Source: Vulcanimicrobiota bacterium (GTDB lineage: Bacteria; Vulcanimicrobiota; Vulcanimicrobiia; Vulcanimicrobiales; Vulcanimicrobiaceae). From it: 64,000 nt of DNA. The stretch lies in NCBI GenBank assembly GCA_963733295.1, contig CAVTCS010000003.1, positions 1,696,001-1,760,000 on the forward strand, read 5' to 3'. This document shows positions 60,169 through 64,000 of the stretch, piece after piece; position 1 is the first letter of the stretch, and each line of letters begins with the position of its first letter. A model generated the notes under the pieces. It made no database searches, was not told where the DNA came from, and worked only from the letters and a program-made list of their open reading frames with translations. The position numbers were made by a program, and so were the translations under genes.

Positions 60169-60480
60169 ATGGCAAAGGTCCGCACGTATCCGCCGGAGTT
60201 TCGGCGTAAGGTCCTGGAGTTAGTCCGCTCCGGTCGGAGCCTGAGTTCGATCTCCAACGAGTTTCATGTCGCCCGGCAGACCATAGTGAACTGGCAAAAG
60301 CAAGACGATCTCGATTCCGGCCGCCGCACAGACGGTCTGACGACCGAGGTGAGCGCGGAGATGACCAAGCTTCGTCGCAAGGTGCGCGAGCTTGAAATGG
60401 AACGCGACATCTTAAAAAAAGCCGCGGCCTGGTTCGCTCGGGAGACAAATGCGATTCCGAACAAGTCTTCGGATTCGTGA
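60169..60480 (+). CDS. IS3 transposase OrfA (HTH)
   Basis: YPPEFRRKVLELV...LRRKVRELEMERDILKKAAAWF; A7G slippery site at 60414-60421. Confidence 0.92.
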   Translation: MAKVRTYPPEFRRKVLELVRSGRSLSSISNEFHVARQTIVNWQKQDDLDSGRRTDGLTTEVSAEMTKLRRKVRELEMERDILKKAAAWFARETNAIPNKSSDS

Positions 60481-61325
60481 AAGCGTACCAGGCCGAATAT
60501 CCTATCGCTATGATGTGCCGGGTTCTCGGGGTCTCGCCCAGTGGCTACTACGCTTGGCGCCTGCGGGCTCCGTCGAAGCGCCGGCAATCCGATCTCTTGC
60601 TCGGCGACAAGATTGAGGCATTCTATCGGGAGTCGGATTCCATTTACGGTCGGCCGCGCATTCATGCCGATCTGCGCGAGGCCGGGATCTCCGTCTCCGG
60701 CAAGCGCGTAGCCCGACTGATGCGCGAACGCAATATTCACGGTATTTCGCGCCGCAAATGGACGACAACGACGATCCGAAATCCGGACGCGCGCCCTGCT
60801 CCTGATTTGGTCGACCGCAAGTTCGTCGCAGATAGTCCAAACAAGTTGTGGGTCGCCGACATCACCTACGTCCCGACATGGGCCGGTTTTCTATATCTTG
60901 CCATCGTTCTCGACGTGTTCAGTCGACGCGTTGTCGGTTGGGCAATGGCTAATCACCTGCGCACCGAGCTCGTCCTTGACGCGCTCGATATGGCGATCTA
61001 TCGGCGGCAGCCCTCCAACGTTGTCCATCATTCCGATCAGGGAACCCAATACACCTCAATTGCTTTCAGTCAGCGCTGCCGCGAGGCCGGCATTCAACCA
61101 TCGATGGGATCGGTAGGAGATTGCTACGACAACGCGATGTGCGAAAGCTTCAATGCGACGCTGGAATGCGAGTTGCTCCAACGCCGCAGCTTCAAGAGCC
61201 AGCGCGAGGCTTCGATCGCCGTATTCGAATTCATCGAAGGCTGGTACAACCCCAAACGTCGGCACTCTGCGCTCGGCTATCTCTCACCCAGCAACTACGA
61301 GCGGCGGATGAGCGAAGCTGCCTAA
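60477..61325 (+). CDS. IS3 transposase OrfB (DDE integrase core)
   Basis: YGRPRI, WVADITY, LDVFSRRVVGW, HHSDQGTQY, YDNAMCESF, WYNPKRRHSALGY.SP. Confidence 0.95.
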   Translation: MKAYQAEYPIAMMCRVLGVSPSGYYAWRLRAPSKRRQSDLLLGDKIEAFYRESDSIYGRPRIHADLREAGISVSGKRVARLMRERNIHGISRRKWTTTTIRNPDARPAPDLVDRKFVADSPNKLWVADITYVPTWAGFLYLAIVLDVFSRRVVGWAMANHLRTELVLDALDMAIYRRQPSNVVHHSDQGTQYTSIAFSQRCREAGIQPSMGSVGDCYDNAMCESFNATLECELLQRRSFKSQREASIAVFEFIEGWYNPKRRHSALGYLSPSNYERRMSEAA

Positions 61326-61365
61326 TGTCCAATTCCCAACTATCCACGGAACCGGGTCAACTCCA

Positions 61366-61630
61366 GTACACCGGGTACCCCGATTAGTGGACGAACGATC
61401 AGTTGTCGGATCGAGGACGGATTATTATCTCTAGGCGATACTCCAATGGCATGAGGTATTTTCGGCCAAAGGGATTGTGGAAGAGCGCGGGTCACCGGGA
61501 CTGAAACGATCGGTACCTTTCCGGATGCGTCGCGTGGGGCACCCGCGCTCGCCGGAAGCCACGAGACGAACATCGTCGTCGCAAGGACCCACGTTAACCG
61601 TTTGCGCAATACGAATACACGACCACTCAT
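61366..61630 (-). pseudogene. 5' fragment of a secreted protein interrupted by the IS (probable RHS N-terminus)
   Basis: GGAGGGG RBS, ATG 61630, signal peptide MSGRVFVLRKRLTWVLATTMFVSWLPASAGA; the frame runs into the IS right end; same strand and similar composition as the RHS 3' fragment. Confidence 0.6.
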
Positions 61631-62150
61631 GAAGCAGCCCCTCCGAAAGCAAGACGACCGCGCAGCCAGTAAAAGGAAACAACCTCCACCGACTACGTTG
61701 TTGAACAGTAGTCCTGATGGAACAATGAACAATAGGCGAACGGCTCAGTGAAGTGGGATGTGCGTGAGATCACCGGAGAAAAACGGCGCCGGGCCGCACG
61801 CGGCTCATCTAGCCATCAGGAGCTGGCCGCGGCGATAATTTGAGACTGAGAGTTTCTCTCAAACAGGCGGCAATCAAACGGAAAGCTTCGGAGGTTAAGC
61901 TTGCGCTATGAAGACCTGCACGTTACTGCTAGAGGAGGACATCGCCGGATCCATCAAAGCGCCTCCTCAATAGGATCGAATGAGTGCGCATTCTTCGAAG
62001 TGCGATCTGCTTCCGCAGCACTACGACGCGCGATTCTGCCCTCCGAAATCTCCGTGCCAGGCTGCTGAGAGAAGGGGGCCGCGCGTTGCCGAATCATTCG
62101 CTCCGCCCGCCCTGACGCAAGTTGGCACCTGACCGAGTGTCCCTTCGACG

Positions 62151-62654
62151 CTACCGGCGCCGGAGCGTAAGGAGCACTTCTTCGATCGTCGCGGCGCGGG
62201 CGTGCGCATACCCGGCGTCGTGGCCGGTGACCTCAAAACCGCACTTCTGGAGCACGCGAAGCGAGGCAAGGTTGTCTTTCGCCGCGCGAGCGTAGAGCGG
62301 ACGTTCCTCAACGAGTAGCAAGAAGGCGGCGAGCGCCCTGCTTGCGAGACCGCGGCCCCAGAACTCGCGCCCGAGCCAATAGGTCACTTCGCGTTCGCTC
62401 GGAGGACCAAAGGCTGCCACATGGCCGGCGATGCGTCCGTCCGCCACGATCGTCTTCATGACGATGCTGCGATCGGCGCGGTTCTTCGACCAGTGGGCTT
62501 CGAAGGCGGAACGGTCGGTCGGATCCTTCGCGGTGAAGGCGGCCATTGCGACGCCCTCGGGTTCGCGTTGCTGCTCGAAGAAAATAGGAAGATCCGCGTC
62601 GACGACGTCGCGCAGTTTAAGGTCGTGCCGCCGGCCAAGACGAATTTTGTGCAT
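62151..62654 (-). CDS. GNAT family N-acetyltransferase (RimJ/RimL-like)
   Basis: EVTYWLGREFWGRGLAS, N.ASLRVLQKCGF. Confidence 0.9.
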   Translation of the reverse strand: MHKIRLGRRHDLKLRDVVDADLPIFFEQQREPEGVAMAAFTAKDPTDRSAFEAHWSKNRADRSIVMKTIVADGRIAGHVAAFGPPSEREVTYWLGREFWGRGLASRALAAFLLLVEERPLYARAAKDNLASLRVLQKCGFEVTGHDAGYAHARAATIEEVLLTLRRR

Positions 62655-62976
62655 AGTGACCTGAGACCCGGGATTATCCCACGAAGACGGGCGATGGCTG
62701 CGATTTTGATGAGATCACGGACAAACTCCTCGGGAGTTCGACGCCGCAGCCAACAGCGTATCGATCCTATAATCCTTTGACGGCCGACGACCTTGACTGA
62801 GGCGCCGATAAGGTTGCTGGCTTAAGCGCGATCATGAAGAGGAAACTCTTTGGTTGAGCTATTCCCGCGACCTGAGGGCATTCGCGTTGCTGATAACTGA
62901 GAGGGTTGGATAGTTTGAAAGCGCCAAGGGTTGGCGAACGTCGCCCGCGCGTAGCGCCCAAACCAAGCCATAGGAT

Positions 62977-63354
62977 TCAGTCACCCGTCGGAACTATGCC
63001 GATCCGCTCCACCATCACGACAACCGACGTTTCGGGTGAGCGCGGGCGGTGCATCGTGCCCTTTGGGACGTTGAAGCCTTGGTTCTTCCGGAGCAGCACC
63101 GGCTCGCGGCCCTCTGCGTCCATGTAAAGCTCTCCATCGAGGACGAGAAAGAACTCGTCCTGGTCGTCGTGCTTATGCCAAGGAAACTCGCCTTTGAAGA
63201 TCCCAAGACGAACGACCGCATCATTCACCGTCGTCAGCGTTTGATTGAACCAAGGTTCGTGAGTCGCGACCTCATGGGGAATATCGATGACGGTCAATTT
63301 TCCGTATTTCTCGTCCTCGCAATTGGTAAATCCGATGGCCTGTAATTCGCTCAC
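62977..63354 (-). CDS. cupin domain protein
   Basis: GEFPWHKHDDQDEFFLVLDG...VPKGTMHRP. Confidence 0.9.
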   Translation of the reverse strand: MSELQAIGFTNCEDEKYGKLTVIDIPHEVATHEPWFNQTLTTVNDAVVRLGIFKGEFPWHKHDDQDEFFLVLDGELYMDAEGREPVLLRKNQGFNVPKGTMHRPRSPETSVVVMVERIGIVPTGD

Positions 63355-63364
63355 AAAGACTCCC

Positions 63365-63937
63365 TCAGTTGCTGCGGGTCCCGCTCAATCGTTCCCAGAA
63401 GCGGCGCGGCCGTTCCTGGGCAGCTCGAACCTGTTCCTCGACTTCGCGCGTTTCGACGATCTCGAACACGCGTAGCTTGTAACGCGGATCGTACCGGCGG
63501 CGGCTGCAACGGCCGCACGAGACGTTGCCGGGCGGGCGCCGCTTGCGCAAGAGTTCGGTTTGGCAGGCGTCGCAGCGTAAGATGAAGCGCCGCGTGCTCT
63601 CTTTGCGCGGTGCGGCGGATCCCATGTCGTGGTAGATCGAGCTCAAGCCCAGCTCGCGCATCTTGCGCTTGAAAGCCGCACTATGGCCCGGGTCCTTCCC
63701 GCGCGCGTAGAGCCACCCGTGAATCATCTCGTGCAGGAGCGTCTCGCGCAGCCCGTCCGGATTCTTTTCGAAGTGCTTCGCCGAGAGCTCGATCAGCGGC
63801 GGCTTGTAGGTTATCCGGCCCGCCATGTTCGAGAACCGAGCGTTGTACGCGATCCGGTGCGCCGGAATTTCGCCGCCGAAATGCTGGTTGTTGAGCTGGG
63901 CGAACAGGAGCTGAAGTTCGGATTCGGGGAGCAGCAC
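63365..63937 (-). CDS. SprT-like zinc metalloprotease
   Basis: LN..HF.G, TLLHEMIH (HExxH), GH...FK, C-terminal CDAC...CGRC zinc ribbon. Confidence 0.88.
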   Translation of the reverse strand: MLLPESELQLLFAQLNNQHFGGEIPAHRIAYNARFSNMAGRITYKPPLIELSAKHFEKNPDGLRETLLHEMIHGWLYARGKDPGHSAAFKRKMRELGLSSIYHDMGSAAPRKESTRRFILRCDACQTELLRKRRPPGNVSCGRCSRRRYDPRYKLRVFEIVETREVEEQVRAAQERPRRFWERLSGTRSN

Positions 63938-64000
63938 GCTTTCGAGGCTTTGTACGCGCCCACGAGAACATCCCTGCTCGTGACTCGCGGACCTTCACGC

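Larger units (their letters stand above)
60115..61365 (+). mobile_element. IS3-family insertion sequence (1251 bp)
   Basis: Terminal IRs TGGAGTTGACCCGGTTACGTGGACA / TATCCACGGAACCGGGTCAACTCCA (23/25 match, TG...CA ends); orfA/orfB; no target-site duplication visible. Confidence 0.96.

Noticed and set aside
61835..61865. Inverted repeat TTTGAGA...TCTCAAA as an element end or operator
   Set aside because: Only 7 bp with no second copy or associated gene; insufficient evidence
62655..62976. Small ORFs in the GNAT-cupin gap
   Set aside because: Short, no motif or convincing RBS; a gene or RNA cannot be supported
1..64000. CRISPR array or cas genes
   Set aside because: No regularly spaced 25-45 bp repeats and no Cas motifs seen by eye

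Overview
GC-rich bacterial chromosomal window, probably from a diderm organism (TonB-dependent-receptor-like and POTRA proteins). Gene style suggests Eremiobacterota/Vulcanimicrobiota, but that is inference only. Most of it is housekeeping: acetoacetyl-CoA ligase, ogt, fpg/nei, malonyl-CoA decarboxylase, tmRNA, surE, uvrC, tRNA-Pro, dapF-hfq-miaA-mutL, mutS, miaB, der-plsY-efp. Three regions stand out. (1) A ~21 kb potassium/cation locus (17.5-38.5 kb) holds trkA x2, kdpFABC with an extra upstream micro-ORF, a CPA1 antiporter and two near-identical TonB-dependent-receptor paralogs. Its Kdp regulation looks taken apart: a kinase-less protein with two tandem KdpD sensor domains, a KdpE-like DNA-binding domain without a receiver, and a separate GAF histidine kinase/NarL pair. 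This is the best candidate for an undescribed system. (2) A lower-GC RHS polymorphic toxin/immunity locus whose core was apparently deleted at an IS3-family insertion (58.3-61.7 kb). (3) A small accessory remnant beyond the 3' end of a tmRNA that has a non-canonical T-loop. uvrC (1) and mutS (3) carry single-base insertions, most likely sequencing errors. No CRISPR array was seen. All functional calls come from motif recognition by eye, with no database searches.
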